Source: Camelus dromedarius (taxonomy: Eukaryota). From it: a DNA stretch of 64,000 nt. Location of the stretch: NCBI RefSeq assembly GCF_036321535.1, contig NC_087437.1:106642001-106706000 (forward strand), in the 5' to 3' direction. Of this stretch, positions 25,591-37,453 are shown piece after piece. Positions within the stretch are counted from its first letter, which is position 1. Every line of letters starts with the position of its first letter. The position numbers were made by a program, and so were the translations under genes. The notes below the pieces were generated by a model that was given only the letters and a program-made list of their open reading frames with translations, was not told the DNA's origin and made no database searches.

Positions 25591-27178
25591 CCTTTCCTTG
25601 CACTACAGGAAGGAGTTAGGTGGCATTTTGTAGCTTCTGTGTGCTCAGTGATGGTCTGTTATTAAGGCGTAGTTCATACTTCATCTTTTCTTTCTTATTC
25701 TTATGCTTTTCCTTTATTCATCGTGCAGCCATTCCCTTCTGCAGGAACAAGGGAACACGGCCCCAGCCACACCGTATTATTAATTTTGCACAGAGCCTGC
25801 TGACAGTGACCTGTCCAGCAGTAGCATTCACTCCTTTGCCTTCCAAAATTTCTCACCAAGGTTCTTTACTGGGCGCGAGCACTCTTCTTAAGTCTTCTCC
25901 CTGCTTCCGTGCGGCACAGTCATCAGTAACATGTACATTTGCAGTTTGGCTCAGGTCTCTTTCTCTGCTTTGCTCACTGACCTTTCTAATTAGCTGGGTT
26001 GCAGACGATTGAGCATGCATATCCAAGGGCCGGTCAGAAAATAAATCTGCCCTGTTTCTGTCTAGCCAGTCATCAAGAGTCAGGAACAATCCCACTGAAA
26101 GTCCACAAATCTTCCATCCTCCTTCCTGAAGGGATGTGAAAAAGTTGCTCTCCTGTCTTTACGTATGACAGCATTCCTGAATGCGTGCGGAGGGTTTTGG
26201 ATGTCAAATTTTTGCGCCAAGTTGGAGAGTGGCAAGAGTTAGCATCCTGCAGTTAGAAGCAGAATGAGATTTGGATGGATAAAGGACAGCATTAATATGT
26301 CAGGGGGATGTCAATCACCTGAGCTCTTCGGATGAGCTGTGGATAGGTGGCATCTCTCAGACTGCAAACCCAAGATGAGCAGGAGGATCAAAGTGGCTCG
26401 GGAACAAGCACTGCAATCCATCCAAAGGATGAGGGAAGAGGGAAGAACAAGATCGTGGGGCCCATCATCCTAGCCCTCATAAAAAGGACATTTCATCAGG
26501 TCCAAAAGCACAGAGAAAGACGCTTTTCCAAGCAGTTGAACCAGTGGTTAACAGAGAAAGCACGTATGTTAGAAAGCAGTGCTAGCCAGGAGGTAAGAAC
26601 GCCACCCCAGACCCCAGGACCACAGAGATCTCTAGATGAGGGACAGAGGTTGGTAAAGATTGGGAAAGGCTTTTCTCTCCTGAGAATCAGCGTTCAGGGA
26701 CTCTCCAGAGGCCAGAGCAGCCGCGGGGCTGACATGCAGCAACCCAGAGCGAAGGGGCTGCTCCCTGGGGGCACAGCTGGAGAAAAGACTGAAAACGCAG
26801 GTTCTAAAATTCTACCAGACCCATCGTGTCAGCAGACCAGCGTGAGGTGAAGCAGGCAGCCTGTGAATTGCTTCTTACGTCCTAAGTGAGAAATTCGGAG
26901 TAAACGTGGAGAGAACTCGATAGCAGCTTGACATAGCGGCGACAGCCAAGTGTGGAATCCCTGGGCGTATGCTGTGTGTGTCTTGGACGCTGAAGAGTTT
27001 ATTTTTATTTTATTTTGTTTTTAAATACAAATTGGAAGAAGGATTGGCCCTTCATCACAGATTGTTTTTATGCCCATTTATCCTTTCTTTTCCCCTTAGC
27101 CCTCCCACTATCCTTCTATCCATCCTCCACGATTCACCTGCACATAGAACTCACAACTTTTAGGAATCTCTGATTCCA

Positions 27179-27943
27179 TGTTCCGTGGCATACGTGTGTG
27201 TGGGTTTCCCCACACCACCGAGCAAGTCTCCAACAGCAGCTGAGTGTCCTGCAATTCAACTCAATTTTGATGCTGTCTCCGTGGAGATAGCGTCAGGTTT
27301 CACGGATTAAGGTTCAGTCCTGCAAGACTGCCGCTCGTTCCAGCTTCAGATGCCAGTTTCAAGTCCAGTTTATCACCCATGCTTTGGACTGATCAGCTAT
27401 ACATTGGAGGTTCCAGTGACCTCCTCCTTGGGTTTGATTAAGTTACTAGAGCAGCTCACAGAACTCAGGGACACATTTTACTTAGTAGAATACCTGTTTA
27501 TTATAAAAGGATATAACTCAGGAAGAGGCAGATGGAAGAGATGCAGAGGGCAAGGAAAAGGGAAAGGGTAAGAAGCTTCCATGCCTTCTCTGACTTCCAC
27601 TCTACCCGAATCTCCACATGTTCACCAACCCAGAAGCTCTCCTAACCCTGCCCTTTGGGGTTTATATGGAGGTTCATTTTCATTGACCATTGGTGACTGA
27701 ACTCAGTCTCCAGCCCCTCTCTACTCCCTGGAGATCTGGGGGCTGAGCCTGAAAGTTCCAATGCTCCAATCACATGGTTGGTTCCCTTGGCAACCAGCCT
27801 CCATCCTCAAGTGCTTTGCACAAGTCACCTCATTAATATAACAAAACACCTTTAGGAAATGCTGAAGAGTTTTAGGAGCTCTGTGCCAGAAACAGGGACC
27901 AAGACCAAAAAATATATTTCTTATTATGAATCAAAATATCACA
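27179..27943 (-). mobile_element. Solo LTR, MER21-like
   Basis: GTGTCCTGCAATTCAACTCAATTTTGA...TAGAGCAGCTCACAGAACTCAGG...TTTATTATAAAAGGATATAACTCAGGAA ... AAAATATCACA. Confidence 0.8.
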
Positions 27944-30129
27944 TCATTTACATGAATGCTGAGTGCTGACTTGACAGTGATAACATTTCTTTTGAATTTT
28001 TCAGGCATATGCTCCTTAATGAAGCAACAACTAGAAAAATTTAAAACTTCATACCATCATCAGAAAAAATTGTGGCATAAGTAGTAGCAATCCTGGCTTA
28101 AAAACCCAGGGAGGACCTGGTTGGCCTGAGGATGTCGGCGAGGTGATCTTTGGTGTAGAAAATGATTTTATACACAGTTCCTTGATTACTGTTTAGTCAT
28201 TTGGATGACTCTCCTGAGTTTAAAATCTGTGAGGCTGATGAGGCAGTAAATTCAATAGCTTATCATTGTAAGCTGTACAGTTTGACAAAATATTGTATTA
28301 ATTTTTTTCAAAGGCAAATGCAATAAAGGTGTAGTGTAATGTCTTAGCCACTTTCTGGAAAATGATCTGAATGTGTATTTTTCAAACAGAATTGTCAGCT
28401 GCATTAGATGTGGCAGCCCTATACCTGAAGTGGACGGATTTCTATGTAACTCATTTCTTTGTGGCATTTAACCTGGCCAGCCAGGTTACACTGCCCCCAG
28501 TGATCAAGTATCCACCCTTTGCTTGGGTCATTTCATGTCCCAGGAGGTGGTGGTGAGAGGAATGAGGAGTTTGACCCCCCTGGAGCTGGGTCACCACGTT
28601 TACTGAGCTCACAGCGAATTGACACCTCCAAGGAGATGTTTGTCCCTACAGGAACGATTTCCCATCATGTCTCAAACCCTTCTCCATTCTGCTGGCCAAC
28701 ATGAATTCTACCCTCCTTTGAGGGAGTAGAGAGCCATCATGTTGTGGCCAAAAGACAGCTTTTCACGCTCTTGCCTTCCTCGAGAGAATGTAAAACTAAT
28801 TGGTTTGCAGCACGAAAAACAATGAGATTCAGCAGGATTGGCAGGTGTGAACATTCTTTCTTCACATCGTGCAGAGTTATCCAGGAGAGGATGATGGAGG
28901 CGTCCTCATATGAGCTGCTTCCCGCTGCTCAGTGCTGGCCACTGCACGACATGCTATACCAACAGAGAAGACGTGTGTGCCTGTGAAAAGAACTGACAGA
29001 TACGATTTGGTTCTGGGAACTGAGCCTTATGACACCATGCTGGAAGCCAACTCATTAGCTGTGATCTGGTAAAGATTCTGGCATTCTCAGATAAAGTGGT
29101 TTGATCACCAGCATGTCACATAATGAGGCTTTGGAGTGGCTTTAAAAGGCGCTGTAGATCAATATGAAAATGAAATGCTTTACATCGAATGAAACAATTG
29201 CACTCAGAGGAGAATATATTTGGCCATTTAAGGTCTCTGTGTCTATGTGTACATGCACGCGTGCACATGTGTATGTGTGTGATGTGGAAGAAAAGAACAT
29301 CCACTTAGGAGAACTTGTACAGAAACTACTAAAAATTGTAGAGCCAAGGCATAGCCCTTAATTTGGGGACTACTGGACATAAAAAAAAAAAAAATCAAAG
29401 GAAGTGAGCATCAGTGAATGTGAAAAATGAGAGCCAGAAACTAATCAATGTGAGTTATGATATCAGTAGACCGATGAATTGCCAGTGACACAGAGGTGCT
29501 TTATGATCCTTGGCAGGCAATTAGGTAAGAGCAGTTTCTCCTGGCACAGCAATTTGAAGTGGTTATTAACCATGTTCACTGAAATTTGATGGGCTAAAAA
29601 AACACCTTTAAAAAAATAACTTTCACATTGAATTGTTCCCTCTACTATGCTTAAAAAAAAAAAAACAAACAAACAAAAAACAAAAAAACAAACTTCATGC
29701 TGAGCTGAAGTAAGAGATTTTTATCCCAAACAAAGATGACTAAACTGAAAGTATAAAACCTTCTATTTTTAGTGGATCCTGACATCCTTTACTGCCTGCA
29801 TCCCCAGTTTCCAGATACTATGTCCTCCCGTCGGCTGGGTTTTGTGCTGTGAGTCACATTTCACTATGTCAGCAAACAATGGCATGAAACAATGGAATGT
29901 TCAAAGAGCAAAACAAAATCAACTTGGAAAATAACAAACTAACATAAAAACACTGAAGTCTAGAAGTAATCTAATCCCTTAGAAAATGAAGACCAATAAA
30001 AGCAGATAAAAAGACAATGCTATAGGTTGTTTCTTGGCTATGTAAGTGCATATTCTTGTTCGTATTTTTATCTACATGATTGTGAAAATGACCAATCAGT
30101 TCATTGAATGGGAAAAAAGATGTCAGGCT

Positions 30130-30360
30130 TTTTATCTGCTGTATATATCTTATATTGATACGTATCTGAGTGTATATTTAGTTCAATATATATCTATATA
30201 TACACAATTATATTTTGACTTTCTAATTGATCCCAATTGCATTATATCCTCAAATAGTTATTTAATTTAATATATATTAAATACAAGTATATGTATTATC
30301 TAATATTATATATTATAAAATATGTTAGATATACAAACATATTAAATATTTATTTTTAAG
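30130..30360. repeat. AT-rich low-complexity (TA-rich) tract
   Basis: Degenerate TATA/ATAT repeats. Confidence 0.6.
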
Positions 30361-32299
30361 CCTGGCCATTATGTTCATTAACCAAGGAGTGAAGCAAAAT
30401 TCTATATTGCTATGTAAATGTGCCACAGGCTTTGACATTTAAAGTACTTTTCTTACATTTTAACTGGGCTTATCTTGAATTGCCTGCTACTGTGGCACAG
30501 GATTGCCTGATACCAGAATAAATGTGAAATATATTTTTTAAAAGTTAAATGAGCACTTTGTCTCTTTTAGAGCAAGCTGTTCTATTGTCCTAGATTATAC
30601 ATAAGGATTAAAAAGTACATTTATAGCTATTAAACTAGGTTTTGCCCCTTGTAATATTGCTTGAAAAATTAATTCATATACATTTTCTGAGCATATCTAT
30701 TTGTAAAAGTATTTTAAAAAATTAAGTTATATGAAGACAATTAAATTCCAAGGAAAATGTACATGAAATGGAAGGTGATAAAAAAGCAGGTGTTTCCTGA
30801 CCTCCATTTGTGGTTCTTTTCTCTCTTCTTTGCTGAATCGCACTTATGATACAATTACATTTATAATTAAATTAAAAATAAAATTAAATGTCTAATTTTA
30901 GAATCGTAGAAAGTGGAAACCAAAGGAAAGCACTGTCATCTTAGTCAACACGGAGAGTGGATTCTTCGTCAGTGCAGTGGGCTAACATTTATAGCTTATC
31001 GCTAGCAATTTCTCTCTATCAGCATACAATTTTTGCCAGTGGATATTAATCTGCTTCCTTGCTTTCGATGTCAATCAAAAATAGCATCCTGGCATTTCAT
31101 TTTGTGTTTCACAGACTGGAACTTTTTAGCTACCTGAGGACATGTAGCTTGAAAACATGAGCAGTGGTAAGAATTATATTCTCTTCCAGTGAATAGCTAA
31201 AGGGAGTTAGAGCTGAACAATTCCCAGTGCATCACGGACAGCTAGAAAATATTAAATTCACAGGGTACGGTTTTGCCATTGAAAACTGACTTTGGAGGTT
31301 TTTCAGAGTGAGGAGGAAGGGCAATCAATCTAGGAGTTTGGAGTCTGCAGAAATCATGCTGTCATCTCTTCACTGAGATTTAGATTTTTCTAAGTAAAAT
31401 AGTTAATTAAAACCTCAAGGTCTCAGCTTTGACATCTGTAAAATAAAAGCCTTGAGGAGATAAATTCTAAGGTTCCTTTCAAATAAGAAATGTGATCCTT
31501 GTATGATACTACTTTTAATTGTACAGATGTATAATCTAATCCCCATGGAAATTAATCTACAAATTAATTTCCCAAGTATGGTATTCATTTTCTCTTTTGA
31601 TGGCTGTGTGTCGTTCTTCGTGTGACTTTTTTTCCTGGTCTCTGTGACATCTGACCTATTACTGCTACCTCCTGAATCAGAGCTTTGGCTGAGCAAAGAT
31701 AGTCCCACTGCAATCCTTATGACCCAGGGAGTCTCATAATTCCCTCAGGGACATTCAAAGGACCTTGAAGAATTTATTGGTAAATTTCTCCACACGGTCT
31801 CCCTGGGAGCAGTGAAGGAAATGTATATTCTGACAGCTCGAACTTTATATTGCCAGTGGCTACTCAGCATTGTTCCAGCCTTAGGTGTCTGGAACTCAGA
31901 CAGTACAAAGGGCACCATCACTGCTTCCTATTCTTGGTCATGCATATGTGATCAGCACTCTACAGAGGGCATTTAAGATGGGACTAGCGCTTTGAAGGCA
32001 GAGAGAAATAGGCTCAAATCCCAGTTGCAACAGCTGACTGTATAACCTTGGGAACCTCTCTCCTTTGTCAGTGGGTGTGATGCATTACACGAGGTCATAT
32101 TTGTAAGGCATCTTCCATGGTACTGAAGAATTCAAGGCGTATTCTCTTTGTGCTGCCGTTCCATGCTGTGTTCATTATGTGACAGATAAAATCAGTTCAA
32201 CCTGTTAGACTGTCATCATCTTCAGAACTGGCCTTCTCTTCTGGCTTGAGGCATGCCACCTGCAGTATTTCCACCAATTTCAAGAACATAATGTACTTT

Positions 32300-33461
32300 T
32301 TTAAAAAATTGCACTATAGTCAGTTTACAATGTTGTGTCAATTTCTGGTGTACAGCACAATTTTTCAGTCATACATGAATATACATATATTCATTTTCAC
32401 ATTCTTTTTCACCATGAGCTGCTACAAGATCTTGTATATATTTCCCTGTGCTGTACAGTATAAACTTGTTTATATATTCTATATATACCTGTCAGTGTCT
32501 ACAAATTTTGAACTCCCATTCTGTCCCTTCCCACCCCTCTCCCTGCTGGCAACCACAAGTTCATATTCTATGCCTATGAGTCTGTTTCTATTTTATATTT
32601 AAGTTCTTTTGTATTCTTCTTTTTTTTAGATTCCACATATGAGTGATACCATGTGGTATTTTTCTGGCTTACTTCACTAGAATGACATTCTCCAGGGACA
32701 TCCATGTTGCTGCAAATGGCATTACGTTGTCATTTTTATGGCCAAATAGTATTCCATTGTGTAAATATACCACATTTTCTTTATCCAGTCATCTGTCGGT
32801 GGACATTTAGGCTGTTTCCATGACTTAGCTACTGTAAACAGTGCTGCTATGAACATTGGGGTGCTGGTGTCTTTTTTAATTAGGATTCCCAGGAGTGGGA
32901 TTCCTGGGTCATATGGTAAGTCTATTCCTAGTCTTTTGAGGACTCTCCATACTGTTTTCCACAATGGCTGCACCAAACTGCATTCCCACCAGCAGTGTAG
33001 GAGGGTTCCCTTTTCTCCACAGCCTCTCCAGCATTTGTCATTTATGGACTTCTGAATGATGGCCATTCTGACCATCATTCAGAGGTGATACCTCTGTAGT
33101 TTTGATTTGCATTTGATGTGTGAGGTGTGAGGTGATATCTCACTGTAGTTTTGATTTGCATTTCTCTGATAATTAGTGATACTGAGCATTTTTTCATGTA
33201 CCTATTGATCATTCATATATCTTCATTGGAGTATTGCTTATTTAGGTCTGACCATTTTTGGATTGGGTTGTTTGTTTTTTTTCTTATAAAGTCGTATGAG
33301 CTGTTAATAAATTCTGGAAATCAAGCCCTTGTCATTTTCATCTTTTGCAAATATTTTCTCCCATTCCATAGGTTGTCGTTTTGTTTTGCTTATGGTTTCC
33401 TTTGCTGTGCAAAAAGCTTGTAAGTTTAATTAGGTCCCATTTGTCTATTCTTCCTTTTATT
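32300..33461 (-). mobile_element. Young 5'-truncated L1 (ORF2 C-terminus + 3' UTR)
   Basis: ORF 32722-33078 is the L1 ORF2 Cys-rich C-terminus ([19 protein letters not shown]...[10 protein letters not shown]...WKQPKCP...WYIYTMEYY). 13-bp TSD CATAATGTACTTT at 32287-32299 and 33462-33474, with TT/AAAG endonuclease site on the element strand. Confidence 0.95.
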
Positions 33462-33629
33462 CATAATGTACTTTAAAAATACATGTCAATGTAGACTCTG
33501 AATGGAACTTTTCATCATTAAAAAAAATACCAGAACAAAGAACAAGCCAATTACAACAGAATAAACACAAATGGCCAATAAATATGAAAAAAAATGATCC
33601 AAGATATCCATCACAGAGAAATCCACAAT

Positions 33630-34810
33630 TAAAAAATTCAACAGCTTTCATGAGGTATATTTCACTTACCATGTAATTCACCATTTTTAATGTATATTTC
33701 AATGGTTTTTAGTATATTCACAGAGTTGTACAACCATCACTGCAGCCCCTCTCCCATAAAAACAGTATACCCATTAGTAGTCACTCTTCTTGTCACCTCA
33801 CCTGACCCCCAGCCTCCAGCACTAGGTAACCTCTAATCTACTTTCTATCTCTATAGATTTGCTAATTCTGGACATTTGAAATAGGTTGGAATCATACAGT
33901 ATGTTGCCTTTCGTGACCAGCTGATTTCATTTTGCAAAATCTTTTCAAGGTTTATCCGTATTGCAGCAAGTATCCATACTGAATTCCTTTGTTAAAAATT
34001 TTAGAACTTATGTATTTTTTATTATTTTATTGTGGTAAAACATATGTAACACAAAATTTGCCATTACCACTTCTAAACATATAATTCAGTGGCATTAATT
34101 ACACTCACAAGGTTGTGCAACAATCTCCGGTATCTATTTCCAAGACTCTTCATCACTCCAAGTAGAAATATAACCACTAAGTAGTAACTCCCCATCTCCC
34201 CCTCTCCTCAGCCCCCAATCACCTCTAATCTCCTTTCTGTCTCTATCAATTTGCCTATTCTAGATATTACATGTAAGTGGATTCATGCAATGTTTATCCT
34301 TTTGTGTGTGGCTTAGTTTACTTAGCATGATGTTTTCAGGGTTCATCCGTGTTGCAGCATGTATCAGAACTTATGGATGAATAATACTCAACACCACATT
34401 TTGTTTATCCATTCATCTGTTGATGAAGAATTGGATTGTTTCTACTTTTTGGCTATTGCAATTAATGCTGCAGTGAACATTGGTGTACGAATATCTGTCT
34501 GAGTCCCTGATTTCAGTTTTTTGGAGCATATACTTAGGAATGCAATTGCTGAGTCATAAGATAATTCTTTTTAAGAAACTGCCAGACAATTTTCCTAAGT
34601 GGCTGCATCAATTTACATTCCCACCAGTAGTGTATGAGGGTTCCGATTTCTCCATAGCTTATTAGCAATACTTGTTATCATCTGTCTTTTTGATTATAGC
34701 CGTGCTAGTAAGTATGAAGTAATAGCTCATTGTGGTTTTGACTTGCATTTCCCTGATGGCTAATGATGCTGAGTATCTTTTCATGTACTTATTGGCACGT
34801 GTATATTCTT
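33630..34810 (-). mobile_element. Old L1MB-type elements (two stacked/nested 3' ends plus ORF2 end)
   Basis: 3' ends at ~33640 (CAGCTTTCATGAGGTATATTTCAC) and ~34025 (TTTATTGTGGTAAAACATATGTAAC); antisense ORF2 end (CATTGTGGTTTTGACTTGCATTTCCCTGATGGCTAATGATG). Confidence 0.85.
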
Positions 34811-34852
34811 ATACTGCTAGTGGAAGTGTAAATTGATTAGAAAAAACTTTGG

Positions 34853-35028
34853 GAGGAGGGTATAGCTCAAGTGGTAGAGCACGTGCTTAGCATGCATGCA
34901 GTCCTGGGTTCAATCCCCAGTACCTCCATTTAAAAAAAATTAAATAGATAAACCCAATCCCCCCCGCAAAAAAAAAAAAAAAAAAACAAAACCAAAAAAC
35001 TGAAACAAAACCAAACAAAACCAAAAAC
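34853..35028 (+). mobile_element. tRNA-Ala(AGC)-derived SINE, camelid vic-1 type
   Basis: A box TAGCTCAAGTGG 34863-34874. Anticodon arm CGTGC-TTAGCAT-GCATG. B box GGTTCAATCC 34907-34916. ...CCTCCA, then an AT-rich/C-run body and A-rich tail. TSD AACTTTGG at 34845-34852 and 35029-35036. Confidence 0.88.
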
Positions 35029-35036
35029 AACTTTGG

Positions 35037-35430
35037 AGGACAGATGGCAATTTAGTTTTCTCGGAGACAACAAACCCACTTACAGGAATTTACCTGAAGG
35101 AAATACTTAGAGAAGTATGATGTGTACTTAAGTTATTGCAGTTATTTTTACATTAAAGAAAAATTGGAAATACATTCAGCAATAGAAGTTTTTAAAATAA
35201 ATTATTGCATAGATAAGATGGTAGACTATGGAGCAATTAAAGTGATGATACGGAAATAAGTATTTTGACATATAAAAAACCTATGACATACTGTTGAACG
35301 AAGAAAGTGGATCACAGAGTAGAGTTAGTGTTCACCTTCTCTTGGTATCTGTGTGCCTAGGGAGACGTCCAGCAGGATGACTGGTAAAAGTGAACCGTGC
35401 TTACCTCTTAGTGGTGGGGTTTGAGGTTGC
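35037..35430 (+). mobile_element. L1ME-type fragment (host of the SINE; starts ~34810)
   Basis: ACTGCTAGTGGAAGTGTAAATTG...ACTTTGGAGG...CCCACTTACAGGAATTTACCTGAAGGAAATA (sense ORF2 end). Confidence 0.65.
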
Positions 35431-36444
35431 TTCTTTGTTTATCCTTTGAGATTGTCTTTACTGTTAGAACTTTCAAAAAAAATCGGCATATACCACAAGA
35501 ACAAACTTTCTAAGGATAAGTAACTCTGCTCTGAATTGTGCCCCTTACTCTCCTTACTATTGGGGAACATTCCACTTCAGTCTTGAAGTCCTATCTTCGA
35601 GCCACAAAAGAATCCCAGTAAACCATAGCAGTGCAGAGGGCTGGTGTAACAGAAAGGTCTGAGCCTGTTTTTGAATTTCCTTGCAATAATTACACAAGTT
35701 TAATTACAGCAAATAAATGAAAATCGATATACTGGAGTCAATGAACACAAAACAAAATGTGCTTGTGTTACAGGTCCTAATAGGATCTCGACCAGGAACC
35801 ATTCACTCGCATGTATTTCTAACACATCTCTCTTTGAATGGAAATTTGTGGCGGATGGTGAGGGGAAAATCTAGACCATTTCCCTACTCCTCATCAATCA
35901 AGAGTTCGGTTCATCCAGGCTTGTTCAGAATTGTTTGCTCTCTGTCATGCCTTTGTATATGTTGTTCTGTATTTTGCCAGAAGGTCTCTCTCCATCTCAG
36001 ATTCTTCGAAAAGCCCCACTGCTCTACCAAGATGGGCTCTGATTCACACCTATGTCTCCCAAGACTGGGTAGTTATGCCTGAAGATGAGTTTCTTGCTTC
36101 TTCACAGCTCCAGAGCATAGTAGCTTTACTCTAGTGGCCAGCTTGTCATAAAATATTGACACTTGCCAGTGATGGATTTGTCTGGAAAGTTGCTTTAACC
36201 ATATCCATCATTAATTCTTCCATGTACTTTCCCCAAGAAGTGGACACGGCCTCTCAATCCCTTACAACACAGTGCACCATCTCTGTATTTCATTCTTTTC
36301 TTTGAAGGTACCCTTCTGGAAGCACTCCATTTTCTGGCTCCAGTGTGGACTGGTAATTGGCTAGACTAGCGTCACATCTGTTGTGCTGAGATCTCTTTTC
36401 AACATCATCCTAGGAATTCTCTCTTTCCTCTCCTGCTCTGGACC

Positions 36445-36610
36445 CAGGGCTGATTTCATGGGCTCTGCGTCCTGTGCAGTTAGAAGGATCCTGCATTGGA
36501 TTTAGTGCTCTGCTGTCCTCATCTTGAAATTCTTAATAAATCTTGAACAAGGGGCCCAGAGTTTTCATTTTATATTGGGTCCCATCCTGCAAATCATGTA
36601 TCTGGTTCTG
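36445..36610. mobile_element. hAT-Tip100 MITE, MER91A-like
   Basis: CAGGGCTGATTTCATGGGC...GCTCTGCTGTCCTCATCTTGAAATTCTTAATAA...GAACAAGGGGCCC...GTATCTGGTTCTG. Confidence 0.8.
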
Positions 36611-36780
36611 AAATGGACCCCAAGTTCCTGTTTTGGTTCTTGGTAAACCCTCTTACGTGGGGAGCCCCAACTCTGGTAGCTTCCTGAGTAAAGCTTAATA
36701 GGAAGTAACTTTTTTGGGGAAATTTTGCATATCTGGAAAAGTCTTTATTTCACTCTCATATTTTAGTAAAAGTGTGGCTC

Positions 36781-37343
36781 TGAGGTGGGAAGCCCCATAA
36801 AAAACCGGCAGGGCCCCCAAGCAGGGCCACTGCTCTTCTGCTGGCACCATCCGGTTCCCTGGCCCAGAGGCTCTATCTCATTTTTTGCCTCTGAAATGGC
36901 TTACTTATCCCTAAAATTCTATTGGTTCCCTGAGCTCACTTCTGATTGGTTATTTCCTTCACTCCTGATTGGTTATTACTTTCACTTCTGATTGGCCCAC
37001 TTCCCTAACTTATGATTGGTCCATTTGTAGTACTTCATTTGCATGGAGCTCACTCCTGATTGGTTATTTCTCTCACTCCTGATTGGTCTATTTCTACAAA
37101 GCTTGTTCCTGGTTGGTCAACTTCTGTTATACTTTACTTGCCTATGATGTTGCAAAGTGTAAAACTGGCGGCCTATAAAGACCTGTGTAAACCTACAGAC
37201 AGGGTCCAGAGCTTGGAGTGTTAACTCCTCTGGGCCCGCTGGCATAATAAACCTGAGTTCTCCAACTCTCCAAGTGCTGCTTGGTCTCTCTCCCGGATCC
37301 AGGTTGCTGTCACAACTGAGCTGTAACACATTTTTCCGCAACA
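36781..37343 (+). mobile_element. ERV1-class solo LTR with inverted-CCAAT repeat array
   Basis: TG...CA termini; 4-bp TSD GCTC (36777-36780 / 37344-37347); TATAAA 37174-37179; AATAAA 37246-37251. Confidence 0.92.
36921..37179 (+). promoter_or_regulatory. LTR U3 promoter: 7 ATTGG (NF-Y) boxes, octamer, TATA
   Basis: ATTGG at 36921, 36945, 36968, 36991, 37015, 37059, 37082; ATTTGCAT 37037-37044; TATAAA 37174. Activity is not demonstrated. Confidence 0.6.
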
Positions 37344-37453
37344 GCTCAACGTAGAATTCCCGGTTGGAATTCATTTTTCCCTCAGGGTTTTGAAGGCATT
37401 GCTTTGTTTTCTTCTAGTGTCCAGTACTTCTGTTAAGAAGGCAGATACCCTTC

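Noticed and set aside
26347..26850. Longest ORF in the track (167 aa)
   Set aside because: GTG start, no recognisable domain and no convincing splice context; length is compatible with chance in purine-rich DNA.
27985..28084. Polypyrimidine + CAG acceptor followed by a short open frame (ICSLMKQQLEKF...)
   Set aside because: Stops after ~25 codons, no good donor and no recognisable protein.
28256..28276. TAGCTTATCA, identical to the start of miR-21 (shorter match also ~30992)
   Set aside because: The match stops at 10 nt; the rest of the mature miRNA and the precursor hairpin are absent.
32722..33078. 118-aa ORF with clear protein similarity
   Set aside because: It is the L1 ORF2 C-terminus in a 5'-truncated copy with an internal deletion, not a host gene.
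34853..34928. Apparent tRNA-Ala(AGC) gene
   Set aside because: Followed by SINE body, A-rich tail and TSD, so it is a SINE head and not a tRNA gene.
36915..37100. Regularly spaced ~23-bp repeats, superficially CRISPR-like
   Set aside because: Contiguous degenerate tandem units without unique spacers, inside a TSD-flanked retroviral LTR in mammalian DNA; no cas genes.
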